A stretch of 64,000 bases of DNA from an uncultured Candidatus Saccharibacteria bacterium (GTDB lineage: Bacteria; Patescibacteriota; Minisyncoccia; Phycocordibacterales; PALSA-1337). The DNA is taken from the NCBI GenBank assembly GCA_964495685.1, contig CAZBVQ010000002.1, positions 107,284 through 171,283 on the forward strand. Reading direction: 5' to 3'. The notes under the pieces are model-generated. The model was not told the DNA's origin. It saw nothing but the letters and a program-made list of their open reading frames with translations, and did not search any database. A program made the position numbers and the translations under genes. Shown here piece by piece: positions 38,436 through 47,766 of this stretch. Each line of letters opens with the position of its first letter. Position 1 is the first letter of the stretch.

Positions 38436-39542
38436 TTACTTCACCTCAACAGTCTTCCCGTCTTGTATACGCTTCACGCTGTACACAGCTGAGGTCATAT
38501 CACCATTCTGATCGAACTGTATAGGTCCAGAAATACCAGTAAAATGTATGGAGCGAATTGTACCTGCCAAATCTGCACCAATACCCTTATTCTCCTTGAG
38601 AGCCATCAAAACGGTTCGAGCAGCATCATATGCCTGCGGAGCACATGTGGGGACCTGCGTACCTCCAATCTTAGTCAAAACTTTAGTATTAAACTCCGCA
38701 TTTTCTGGCACTGAAGCACCGACAAAAAGAATATCTGCTTTCTTGTTCACTTCTTGGACAAATTTGGTATCCCCCCAAGCGTCAGCACCAAGAATTTTTG
38801 CCTTGATACCAAGATCAAACATTTGCTGAACAGCAACTAGCGCCCCCTCTGTATACATTGGCGTATACAAATAATCAGGAGCTAGTGCTTTTATTTTTGA
38901 AAGTTGTGTCTTGTAATCACGGACTTCTTGAGCCGTTCCCTCTTCGGCCACAACCGTACCTCCAAGTTCGCTAAATCGTTTACTGAAAACCTCTTTAATG
39001 CCCGTTCCCCAATCAGAAATGTGATAGAGCACAGCAACTTTCCTGGCACCAAGAGTATTATATGCATATTCAGCAGCATATTTGCCCTGATATGCATCAG
39101 ATGGATATGTTCGGAAGAAATATGCACCCGCTGAACTCAACGATGGCGCAGACGAACAATAAGCAACGACAGGAACCTGAGCCGGAGTCGCAACACTCAT
39201 TATTGCGGTAGTTTCACCTGAACACAGTCCACCGACAACCGCAGCGACTTTATCTACATTGATTAGCTTTTGCGCGGCACTTGTAGCTGGGGCTGGTGAA
39301 CACTTACCATCTTCAGCAATAAGTTGGACGTTCCTACCATCAAGGCCACCCGCCTTATTGAATTCATCGACTGCAATTTCAGCTGCCGCCCGTGAAGCTG
39401 CTCCAAGCGCCGTAAGATCACCCGTCAGTGGCCCTACGAATCCAATCCTAATCGGCCCCGCCTCCCCCTTCTTGCCACCACTCAAGGCGATAATGAGGAT
39501 GACGATGATTACTACAATAACGACCCCGAGTATTTTTTTCAT
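38436..39542 (-). CDS. LivJ/LivK-type substrate-binding protein (5 of 6)
   Basis: IRIGFVGPLTG, EDGKC, GGLCSG, FFRTYPSD. Confidence 0.93.
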   Translation of the reverse strand: MKKILGVVIVVIIVILIIALSGGKKGEAGPIRIGFVGPLTGDLTALGAASRAAAEIAVDEFNKAGGLDGRNVQLIAEDGKCSPAPATSAAQKLINVDKVAAVVGGLCSGETTAIMSVATPAQVPVVAYCSSAPSLSSAGAYFFRTYPSDAYQGKYAAEYAYNTLGARKVAVLYHISDWGTGIKEVFSKRFSELGGTVVAEEGTAQEVRDYKTQLSKIKALAPDYLYTPMYTEGALVAVQQMFDLGIKAKILGADAWGDTKFVQEVNKKADILFVGASVPENAEFNTKVLTKIGGTQVPTCAPQAYDAARTVLMALKENKGIGADLAGTIRSIHFTGISGPIQFDQNGDMTSAVYSVKRIQDGKTVEVK

Positions 39543-39551
39543 AAATAATTA

Positions 39552-40703
39552 TTATTTAATAACCGGGATTTCCTTGCCGTCCTTTATGACAAAGTTAGCA
39601 AACCCCACACCTACTACATCACCATTTTCATCAAAGTGGTAGGTACCAACGGCTCCTGTATACTCTTTCATTGAGTACAAATAATCCTTTATCTTAGTAG
39701 CATCTGTCCCGACTGCCTTAATTGCTTGAGCAATGATATATGCGCGATCATATGAAGCAGCCATCTCAAACTGATTTATTGGGTCAGAATTATATGTGTC
39801 TTTATATTTCTTCAAGAGAGATTGGCCCTTATCTGAAAGCTTTGTCGAATCACTGATGACTATGCCATCGGTATATGATCCTGCAATAGCAATAGCATCC
39901 GCCCCACCGAGATTGAGGTTGCTTGTAACGGGGATTCGGATACCTAGATCCCGCATCTGTTTGAGTATACGAGCACCTGTCTTACCGGTCTGCGCATTGA
40001 TATAGATAACCTCAGGATTCTTCGCCTTCACACCTTGTAACACCGTACGAAAATCATCAACCGCAATTCCTGGACCACCAAATAGTTCGTCAGCCACAAC
40101 AGGGACATTGGCTTTAGCCAACACCTCCTTCATGACCGATCTAACGCCTTGCGTATAATCTGTATTTTCTGATATTAGCCCTGCATTCTTGAAGTGTGAA
40201 GCAATGTAAGTGGCGTCTGTTTTTGCAACATCAGCATCTGAAGGTGCATTGCGGAATATATAATCACCAGCCGTAGAAATTTGAGGGTTACTTGAGAAAG
40301 ACGACAATACAATCACGTGAGCATCTTCAGCAATTGGAGCAATCGCCAGCGTCTCACTACTACAAGCTCCGCCCAATATAATACTCACCTTGTCTATATT
40401 TATAAGTTTTTGTGCGGCACTTGCAGCGTCCTTGCCAGTACACTTGCCATCCTCATAGATGACTTCGATTGATCTACCATCAATACCTTGTGAGCTATTT
40501 ATCTCATCAACAGCGAGCTTAAGCGCATTCTTTTCTGTTTCTCCATAGACCGAGGCATCCCCTGTCAACGGTCCGATAAACCCAATCTTGACTGGCTCTT
40601 TTGAGGTCACAGATGTATCCTTGGTTCCTCGTGACGACGAAACACCCCAAATAATGAGGAGGAGTACAATCAAACCAATGATTATTTTTGCTGTTTTTGA
40701 CAT
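39552..40703 (-). CDS. LivJ/LivK-type substrate-binding protein (6 of 6)
   Basis: VKIGFIGPLTG, EDGKC, GGACSS, IFRNAPSD. Confidence 0.93.
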   Translation of the reverse strand: MSKTAKIIIGLIVLLLIIWGVSSSRGTKDTSVTSKEPVKIGFIGPLTGDASVYGETEKNALKLAVDEINSSQGIDGRSIEVIYEDGKCTGKDAASAAQKLINIDKVSIILGGACSSETLAIAPIAEDAHVIVLSSFSSNPQISTAGDYIFRNAPSDADVAKTDATYIASHFKNAGLISENTDYTQGVRSVMKEVLAKANVPVVADELFGGPGIAVDDFRTVLQGVKAKNPEVIYINAQTGKTGARILKQMRDLGIRIPVTSNLNLGGADAIAIAGSYTDGIVISDSTKLSDKGQSLLKKYKDTYNSDPINQFEMAASYDRAYIIAQAIKAVGTDATKIKDYLYSMKEYTGAVGTYHFDENGDVVGVGFANFVIKDGKEIPVIK

Positions 40704-40815
40704 AATAAATACAGGTAATTAATAACGAGAAATATCTTTGCCCTAAGGATAGCATGGCCCGAAAATGATGCAACAAAAAGGGGCGCTACTGCCATACAAG
40801 GTTTAACCTTGTATC

Positions 40816-41193
40816 CTACTTCCCCTTCCTCTGATGTATCGCCACACAATTTCTGTCAGGATCATAGACCACTGCCATCTTGCAGCTCGGGAAATCTTGG
40901 GGTTCTATCTTGAATGAAACCTTGGCATCCTTGAGCTTCTTCACAACAGCGTCGAAATCGACAGCTTCCAAGGCAACAACAGCTCCATCCGATGAAGGTT
41001 TCCAATCAGGAGAACACCCGATAGACAAAGTGCCTGAGCCAATATTGTACTCGATCCACATCGAGTCTTCCTTGGCCGGATAATCATCATTTGGCACCAA
41101 GCCAAGAATACCTTCATAAAAGGCACGAGCTTTTTTGATATCGGTTACCGCATAGATCGAGAACGCAATTTCTTTGAAAAGTGGTGATGAAAT
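40816..41193 (-). CDS. VOC/glyoxalase family protein (apparent ATT start)
   Basis: In-frame 'IAFSIYAVTDIKKARAFYEGILGL' upstream of the listed ORF; 'DPDRN' C-term motif. Confidence 0.8.
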   Translation of the reverse strand: MSSPLFKEIAFSIYAVTDIKKARAFYEGILGLVPNDDYPAKEDSMWIEYNIGSGTLSIGCSPDWKPSSDGAVVALEAVDFDAVVKKLKDAKVSFKIEPQDFPSCKMAVVYDPDRNCVAIHQRKGK

Positions 41194-41217
41194 AGTGTGT
41201 GCATTATACCCATATAC

Positions 41218-43287
41218 CTACCGTGAATTCAAGATGCGTTGGAAGAACGTCCCTTTGGCGTTTATGATCTTCTCACGCTCCGTGAAGTTGCCCGCCTTGT
41301 CATAGACCCGCAGACGGATTGGGATCTGACCAATATCCACCAGCGGCACATAGGTCTGACGTCCGACAGGCAAGAATGTATTGTTATTTATGTTCACATA
41401 CATCATGTCTTGGAGTCCGCTCATCGAATCACGACCACTGAACTCCAGACGCACCACATCTCCGACGCTGACCGACTCTTCGCTCACCCGAATAGAGACA
41501 TCCGTCGGCGGTGTCGTATCCACCATGACCTTGTAGTGACGAACCGTACCGTAGGTCGAGCCGAACAGTGGTACGACATGGAAATAAAATACCCCATCGA
41601 ATGGTGCCGTCACCACTGCAGATATTCCTGTTGTTTTCGTGCCCGCATAGGGCACCGTATCAGTGGCTTGATCCAATGTATACAGATACGCATCCGCACC
41701 GACTGACGTCCAGAACATCTTCATGGTCGCCGCATTGTACCATCGTGATGGATTGGCATGTGTCGGCGAGAATATGATGGGCATGTGCGGATCAGTAGTC
41801 GACGCGTGCGGATTCTGGGTCACAATACTATCAGACACAATGCGGAACCCCCCACCCGTCGCCCGGCGTAGCACATTGGTACCCAGACCGTCATTGGCGA
41901 GCACCTGTGTGTCAGCGTCGAATTCAAGACGAGCAGTACCGACCTTCTTGGGCTTGAAAATAATATCAGCCACCAACCCTTGCGAACCAGAGAACCCTGG
42001 AGGAAGCACGATACAGGAAATACGTATCTCCTTGGCGGCCACATCTGCCTCTTTCTCCAGATACTGATCACATATAGAATGCGATACATCAATATCCTCG
42101 ATGTCGACAGCTGTCGGGTCATATGACGCATCGATGCGAAGTGCGTTGATAGATTCATCGCCTGTATCGACTAGAATCGAAATTGGTCTCTCGAACGCAA
42201 GATCGAACACACCTGCTTCAGGCTGCAGTCGGAGCGTCGAATTATACAGAATGTAAGGTACTTTCTTGAGTGCGATATATCTGACGAATGATGCACCGTT
42301 GACACTGTATATGATCACAATGAGTACGGCTGCCAAGGTGATGAGTGACCATATATAGTATCGATTGCGATATTCTTTCTTGGTCGACCGATAGGCACGG
42401 TACACAATGCCGCTAAAGACTCCCAACGTCAGGATGACTACAAAGAGTCTAATGGAGAAGGCATAGCCATAATACGGCACGAACACAATAGCTCCTGTCA
42501 GCCGATCACCTTCCAGGCCAGGAAATACGATTGTGTGAACACGATAATAGGTATCCGTCCCGATTTTGACCACATCACCAGTACGCTCTCGTTGGATCCA
42601 ATCAGAATCGACGTTGAAGTGTGAACGTATGATACGACTCGTCTCATCGTCAAATGATGAGCCATATATGCCATATCCTTTCGTATAGAACACAACCTGG
42701 AGACCATCAAATAGATATTTCTCTTTGAACGATCGGGCATATGTATTATCCAGTAGGTTATTGGCGAACAGGGCCCCAATAGTGCTCGTCCCAGACGCAA
42801 TCTGACGACCAGTCGTCATGAGGACTTGTGTCGGATCGAAACTACTAACTTCAATCGATGCAGGACGCCCACCTGCAGCGACAGCGCGCCCCTGAGGACT
42901 GATAAGGAATGTGTTCTCTCCACGACTCGATGAGCTACGTGTGCGAGAAATGATAATTCCTCGATTGTCAGCGACGCCCATAAGTCCGATTGATCGGCGC
43001 TCACGTTCGGCATTCAATACCGTAAGTATCTTGTAGGGATCGTCATCCCGCATATATCTCTGTAGAAGCTCATTCTGGGCGATCAGATCACCTTGTGTGG
43101 TGAGATGATGAAGCTCGGATGCCAACCCTCGATCGAACGCCTTGAGTCCACGTGTATCCAGATGTTTGCTATACAGCCACGCCATCGACAGTGCGATAGC
43201 GAGAAGTACCACGAATACTATGATGCTCACCAAGAATGCACCCCGTAGTGACGACAAACAACGGCACGATGTATATCGAGAAGCCAT
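41218..43287 (-). CDS. Membrane protein with Cache-like and cohesin/Ig-like extracellular domains
   Basis: TM segments; 'VDTGDESINAL', 'VLANDGLGTNV', 'SPTHAN', 'DTTPP' motifs typical of CPR surface proteins. Confidence 0.7.
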   Translation of the reverse strand: MASRYTSCRCLSSLRGAFLVSIIVFVVLLAIALSMAWLYSKHLDTRGLKAFDRGLASELHHLTTQGDLIAQNELLQRYMRDDDPYKILTVLNAERERRSIGLMGVADNRGIIISRTRSSSSRGENTFLISPQGRAVAAGGRPASIEVSSFDPTQVLMTTGRQIASGTSTIGALFANNLLDNTYARSFKEKYLFDGLQVVFYTKGYGIYGSSFDDETSRIIRSHFNVDSDWIQRERTGDVVKIGTDTYYRVHTIVFPGLEGDRLTGAIVFVPYYGYAFSIRLFVVILTLGVFSGIVYRAYRSTKKEYRNRYYIWSLITLAAVLIVIIYSVNGASFVRYIALKKVPYILYNSTLRLQPEAGVFDLAFERPISILVDTGDESINALRIDASYDPTAVDIEDIDVSHSICDQYLEKEADVAAKEIRISCIVLPPGFSGSQGLVADIIFKPKKVGTARLEFDADTQVLANDGLGTNVLRRATGGGFRIVSDSIVTQNPHASTTDPHMPIIFSPTHANPSRWYNAATMKMFWTSVGADAYLYTLDQATDTVPYAGTKTTGISAVVTAPFDGVFYFHVVPLFGSTYGTVRHYKVMVDTTPPTDVSIRVSEESVSVGDVVRLEFSGRDSMSGLQDMMYVNINNNTFLPVGRQTYVPLVDIGQIPIRLRVYDKAGNFTEREKIINAKGTFFQRILNSR

Positions 43288-43367
43288 GTGACCTCTCTAG
43301 TGTACCACTTCAGGCGCAATACATCTTGACGGTGTTGTGAATATCCTTTATAGGGTACAGATCACGT

Positions 43368-43457
43368 GCTGGGAGGCTTGGACGATGTTCGGGCCTACGG
43401 TCACAAAGCAGAGCGCGTGGCCGCATTAATATACGCTCACTTTAAAAAGGAGTTTGG
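43368..43457 (+). repeat. 90-bp direct repeat copy 1 (att-like, encodes peptide tail)
   Basis: 83/90 identical to 45130-45219; first 48 bp identical. Confidence 0.95.
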
Positions 43458-43585
43458 GGATTCGTTCGGGGGTTCAGGTACGAAATAATTAAGTCACACA
43501 TATAGGTTAGATTATACACTAATTCTTACAAGGAGGCGGAAGTTGCCGAAAGTGGCAAGCAATTGAGCTAGATTTGAACGACCCC

Positions 43586-43614
43586 TTGTCTTTTTTCCAC
43601 CTCAGAGATATACT
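43586..43614 (+). promoter_or_regulatory. Sigma70-type promoter
   Basis: TTGTCT-17 bp-TATACT. Confidence 0.65.
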
Positions 43615-43620
43615 CTTAAT

Positions 43621-43692
43621 TGTCTATCGGTTTACCCATAACTGATAGGGTATAACATCCAAGGGCCACCTTCCTCGCGGAGGGTGGCTTTG
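43621..43692 (+). ncRNA. Candidate small pseudoknot RNA convergent with NYN gene
   Basis: Stem tatcggtt/aactgata, loop taccc pairs with gggta; terminator gccaccttcc-tcgc-ggagggtggc-ttt. Confidence 0.5.
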
Positions 43693-43694
43693 CG

Positions 43695-44300
43695 TTAGGG
43701 GGTCTTTCCAATCTCGATACGACGTTTGAGTTCTCTACCCCAAATATCATCGGCGATCTCCAAAATGTCAGTATACCCGTCTCCACCCGTCTTCAATTCT
43801 TGAGAGATATTGTTCTTTGATGAGAAAACATGCACCTTCTTTCCACCCCGTTTGAGGTACGTCACTAGAGCCAAGAAATCCGAATCGCCAGTGAATAGGA
43901 CTGCCGTGTCGTATTTGTCACGATGGTGAACCGCATCAATGGTCATCTCTACATCCATATTCCCCTTCTCTTGGATTGCTTCACCATGCTCATCCACAAC
44001 CGTGATTCGTTTCAGTGCCTTTTTCCGCACTTCAAATCCGAGCCCCTTCTTGAGAAATGTGAAAAACTTGTGTTTGCCGTCGAGACTAAACTGACGTGTG
44101 CCTTCTGCGGGGTATGCGGTGTAATAGTAAACAGAGATTGAGGTGCCCTCGTACTGCTTCTTTATATAAGCGATCAGTTTCTCATAGTCAAGAAATCGCC
44201 CCTTCGCCTTTTGAGCCTGCCACAGATTGGACGCATCAATGAATACGAAGATCGTGTTTAGTTTTGGGACTGATTTGTGTGCAGCATCTTTTTTGGACAA
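43695..44300 (-). CDS. NYN / LabA-DUF88 PIN-like nuclease
   Basis: FIDASN, KGNMDVEMTID, FTGDSDF; TTG start. Confidence 0.9.
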   Translation of the reverse strand: MSKKDAAHKSVPKLNTIFVFIDASNLWQAQKAKGRFLDYEKLIAYIKKQYEGTSISVYYYTAYPAEGTRQFSLDGKHKFFTFLKKGLGFEVRKKALKRITVVDEHGEAIQEKGNMDVEMTIDAVHHRDKYDTAVLFTGDSDFLALVTYLKRGGKKVHVFSSKNNISQELKTGGDGYTDILEIADDIWGRELKRRIEIGKTP

Positions 44301-44397
44301 GGAGGTTTTCTAAACAGAATAATAGTCGCATTGTATCATAGCCGATAAATAAAATGTGACGGCGTGGGCCATCACATTTAGTAAGCAGACATCGCTG

Positions 44398-44643
44398 TTA
44401 TCCACGAACACAAGATAACTCTTCGGCACGTGCGGCAGCTTCCTCCACCAAAGTCGTGCCGACAAGAAACGTGGGTGAGCTCCAAACTGTTCCGGCCAAG
44501 ACAATTTTTTCTCGGGGAATCTGAGGGAACTCAGTTTCAATCGCTTTAAGGACATCCTCAAGTTTCACTGGCTCACCAGTAAAAGCCAATTGTTTTCCCA
44601 AACCATTGTGGCCCGTTGTTTCTCCAATAATCTGATATTTCAT
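44398..44643 (-). CDS. Hypothetical protein
   Basis: MKYQIIG... preceded by AAGGA-like site. Confidence 0.45.
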   Translation of the reverse strand: MKYQIIGETTGHNGLGKQLAFTGEPVKLEDVLKAIETEFPQIPREKIVLAGTVWSSPTFLVGTTLVEEAAARAEELSCVRG

Positions 44644-45129
44644 TCTTAATTCCTTTCCTTGAACGTTCATGTTCTTTTTATCATAAAGTGACAGTTCTGT
44701 ATATGGGAGAGAACGTGTAGAGAGCGGAACCTATACGTGGGCGGATGTTGCTGAAGCGGCCGATCGAATCGAATAATAATCCTCATTGACTTGCCACTTC
44801 CGGCAAAGATTGCCGTCTTTCCCCATTTTGCGTGCAAGAATACGCTTACCTAGCAACGTCCCTATCAACCACACGACGTTGCTCACAAATATAGTCGAAT
44901 TGTGAGTGGGTAATATGGACACCTATGTTCTACCGGCACGGAGAAAACACCTCCCAGCGCATACTGAAGAACGTGATCGCCATACGAGATACACTCTGGA
45001 CGATTGAAGACGTTCTTACGGACTGGGACGATACTCTCACTGAGAGATCGGAACGCATGATGTAGCACTGGGTTCGAATCCAAGTGCCCCGTAGCTTGAG
45101 GAAGCCTTACAAATACAGGTTGTTTTCGA

Positions 45130-45219
45130 GCTGGGAGGCTTGGACGATGTTCGGGCCTACGGTCACAAAGCAGAGCGAGCAGCCGCACTCATATATGCTC
45201 ACTTCAAAAAGGAGTTTGG
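45130..45219 (+). repeat. 90-bp direct repeat copy 2
   Basis: Match to 43368-43457. Confidence 0.95.
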
Positions 45220-45264
45220 ATTTCCAGACGAACGGTAATGTGAAAGGTGCCGTTAGTTTTTGTA

Positions 45265-45462
45265 TCACTCACCTTGCTTGGCTTGGCGAGCGATTTCCCG
45301 CGCGATGATGTCGAGTGATGCCTCAATCTCCCGAAGCATCTCGATAATCTTCGCAAGCTCCTCGTGGCAATCGAGGCTTTGGCGTTTAATAAAACTGTCG
45401 AACAATTGTTTGATAAATCGACGGACCGAACGCTTGCGCGGTGTGTTGTATATTTTTTTCAT
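45265..45462 (-). CDS. Small hypothetical protein
   Basis: MKKIYNTPRK..., 65 aa helical. Confidence 0.45.
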   Translation of the reverse strand: MKKIYNTPRKRSVRRFIKQLFDSFIKRQSLDCHEELAKIIEMLREIEASLDIIAREIARQAKQGE

Positions 45463-45653
45463 ACACGCCCAGAATAAACGGCGGGAACAAACCGACCAAG
45501 AGGGCAACCTTTGCCGGAAGCGGCAAGGTTTTGCGTACTTTGACAGAAAATAATGGTACGTTAGGATCCGAACGTCGTCGCATTTATTAGTCGTTAATCC
45601 CCAAACGCCCAAGCGCAAGGCCATTCTTTTAGCCGAACCGCTGGGGAAAATAC

Positions 45654-46070
45654 ATGGGTGCTGACCTCTACATCAAAACCATCCGCCGCTCTCATAAGAC
45701 TCAACCTGACAACGAACAATCCACCAAACATGATCCAGCGGCTTCCGTGCTGTATTTCCGAGACCCCTACAATTTTACCAGTGTGCTTTGGACCCTTGGC
45801 TTATCCTGGTGGCGGGATGTGCTCCCCCTGCTCGACGCGAACCAGGAATTGAAAGGGCAAACGCTCCAACGCTTCAGAGATCAGGTAATGTGCGCCTATC
45901 AGCGGTTACCCACTGTGGAAGATTTGCAACGCGAGAAAGTCCGCGTAGATGCCACCGGCGAGCGCAGCGTCGCAGAATTGCACCGATATTACATCCAACG
46001 GCGAAAGCAACTCCTACGCTTTCTCAACTTCGCCATTTCAAATCGCGCGGCAATCACCTGCTCATTGTGA
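45654..46070 (+). CDS. Hypothetical protein
   Basis: MGADLYI...YFRDPYN..LGLSWW, 138 aa. Confidence 0.7.
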   Translation: MGADLYIKTIRRSHKTQPDNEQSTKHDPAASVLYFRDPYNFTSVLWTLGLSWWRDVLPLLDANQELKGQTLQRFRDQVMCAYQRLPTVEDLQREKVRVDATGERSVAELHRYYIQRRKQLLRFLNFAISNRAAITCSL

Positions 46071-46661
46071 CGGTTTGCGCGCACGGGCAAGAGCTGCTCC
46101 TGTCCGTGTCAACTTGAATGATAGGCAGTCGCCGGTATGCTCAATTTCAAGTGCTCCCATCCGAGCAAGCGTCTTGAGATCATCTTCGACGAACCTCGGC
46201 TCGATGGGTTTCAACAGTTCTCCAAAATCGTTAAAACCATTCGCCAGTTTAAGTGTCCCCAGTTGAGGCCAAAAATTCATAAAGCGAAAATCGCTGTCGG
46301 CAAACTTGGTCAGGAACCCTTTGGCTTGCTCCGATAATCCAACACCGGGAACGAGCACATCGGCGAGACCGGAAAAATCAACCACACGCGTCAGCACAGT
46401 TGCCAAAGCTTGATTGAGCTCTTTTATCTGTTGAAGAATTGCTTCTTGGTTCTTCTGCAAGAGGGCGTCCACTTCGCGGGCCACATGGCTATCATTAACG
46501 ATCAGGTTTTTTAGTTCTTCATGTTTGTGGTACGCAAGCCACTCGATGAATTCCTGATGGCTGGAAGTTTTTTCCGAGCCACGTTCCTGACGAAAATTAC
46601 AGAGCAGGCCGACGAGGGTCGCAAAATTTTGCGCAAGGAAGGCGGAATCCATAATCATCAA
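46062..46661 (-). CDS. Hypothetical protein
   Basis: 199 aa; wHTH-like C-terminus. Confidence 0.7.
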   Translation of the reverse strand: MMIMDSAFLAQNFATLVGLLCNFRQERGSEKTSSHQEFIEWLAYHKHEELKNLIVNDSHVAREVDALLQKNQEAILQQIKELNQALATVLTRVVDFSGLADVLVPGVGLSEQAKGFLTKFADSDFRFMNFWPQLGTLKLANGFNDFGELLKPIEPRFVEDDLKTLARMGALEIEHTGDCLSFKLTRTGAALARARKPSQ

Positions 46662-46703
46662 ATCCAGTGTCTGGCTTTATTGTCTCGTCTGGCAGGTTTC
46701 TGC

Positions 46704-46931
46704 TCAATCACGAAAAGATGAGTGATAATTCCGCAGATGATTGATCGTCAAGAGCAAGCCCACCACGCACGCCAAGGCCGGAATGATTCGCAGGCAATTC
46801 GCAACCTCAACTGCCTTGGCCGCAGACTCTCCAAAAACTTGCTCAAAAAGCGAGGCGATCCGACCAATGATGAAAAAGCCAAATAGACCGCTGGCGCAGA
46901 GCAATATCGAATCTCGCAGCTTTCGTTTCAT
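46704..46931 (-). CDS. Small membrane protein
   Basis: 75 aa, two TM. Confidence 0.45.
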   Translation of the reverse strand: MKRKLRDSILLCASGLFGFFIIGRIASLFEQVFGESAAKAVEVANCLRIIPALACVVGLLLTINHLRNYHSSFRD

Positions 46932-46995
46932 CCTTTGTTCAACAACAACAATTCAAAAAAGTTGCGCGGTGCTAGAATGTTCCCCTGACACAATT

Positions 46996-47697
46996 CTAAT
47001 CGTTGCTAAGATTGCTTGCCTTCATTAAGGCTAGAATCAAATTGCCACTGACGGCGACTGCATTTTCCACATTTATCGTCCGCTCGCCGTTGGTGCTCGA
47101 TCTTTGAGAAGTTGAAGCCTGCATTCCAAAGACTCTCCCATCAGTATCGAAAACCGGCCCGCCACTCATACCAAATAGACCCACGTCGCGAATCAGTTGC
47201 CCCGTATGAACTCGGACAACGCCTTGTTTGTCCACGATTTGAGATTCTGCAAAATCCAACAGAAACGAGGGCTGAAAATACCGGCGCACTTTGATGACAT
47301 TGATGCCGCCTTTCCCATCGGCCTCCAATGCGCTCAGTGGGTATCCTCCGATGCAGAGGCTCTTCCCAACATCACCTACCTCCGGTGACAGTTTCGCAAA
47401 GTCAGGGGTTTCAATATTTACTTTTCCCAAAAAAATATCTTTGCCCTGATCCCGTGCGACCTCTTCTATGGCTAACGACGGATTTACTACATTATCCGGA
47501 AGCCACCCCGGGAAAATGAACTGCGTATGGTCATTTTTGTTGCTGAAGACGTGTTCCACAGAGGCAAAAACACCGTGAGAATTGACAAAGAACCCCGTCC
47601 CAACTACGCCTATCGAGAGCTGGCCTGGCTGCAATTGGTCACACCTAAACACGGGGAACATTGCCCTTTGGATCTTCTTGATTCCCGCTACGAACAT
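46996..47697 (-). CDS. Trypsin-like serine peptidase
   Basis: GTGFF, xxHV, D, GYP, GMSGGPV triad motifs; no signal peptide. Confidence 0.85.
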   Translation of the reverse strand: MFVAGIKKIQRAMFPVFRCDQLQPGQLSIGVVGTGFFVNSHGVFASVEHVFSNKNDHTQFIFPGWLPDNVVNPSLAIEEVARDQGKDIFLGKVNIETPDFAKLSPEVGDVGKSLCIGGYPLSALEADGKGGINVIKVRRYFQPSFLLDFAESQIVDKQGVVRVHTGQLIRDVGLFGMSGGPVFDTDGRVFGMQASTSQRSSTNGERTINVENAVAVSGNLILALMKASNLSND

Positions 47698-47766
47698 GTC
47701 GTGATTTATCCTCTAAATGTGACAAGTTGTAAACTTGTTGTTCTCTCCACACCGCCGACAATGCGA

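Noticed and set aside
45066-45095. tRNA gene at gggttcgaatcc
   Set aside because: T-loop-like string only; no matching acceptor, D or anticodon arms
43368-45219. Diversity-generating retroelement TR/VR pair
   Set aside because: Differences are not restricted to adenines, are mostly synonymous, and no reverse transcriptase is present
1-45500. Stop-codon recoding (code 25/15) in the phage or CPR block
   Set aside because: Full-length ORFs tile the region under the standard bacterial code, and TGA/TAG act as stops
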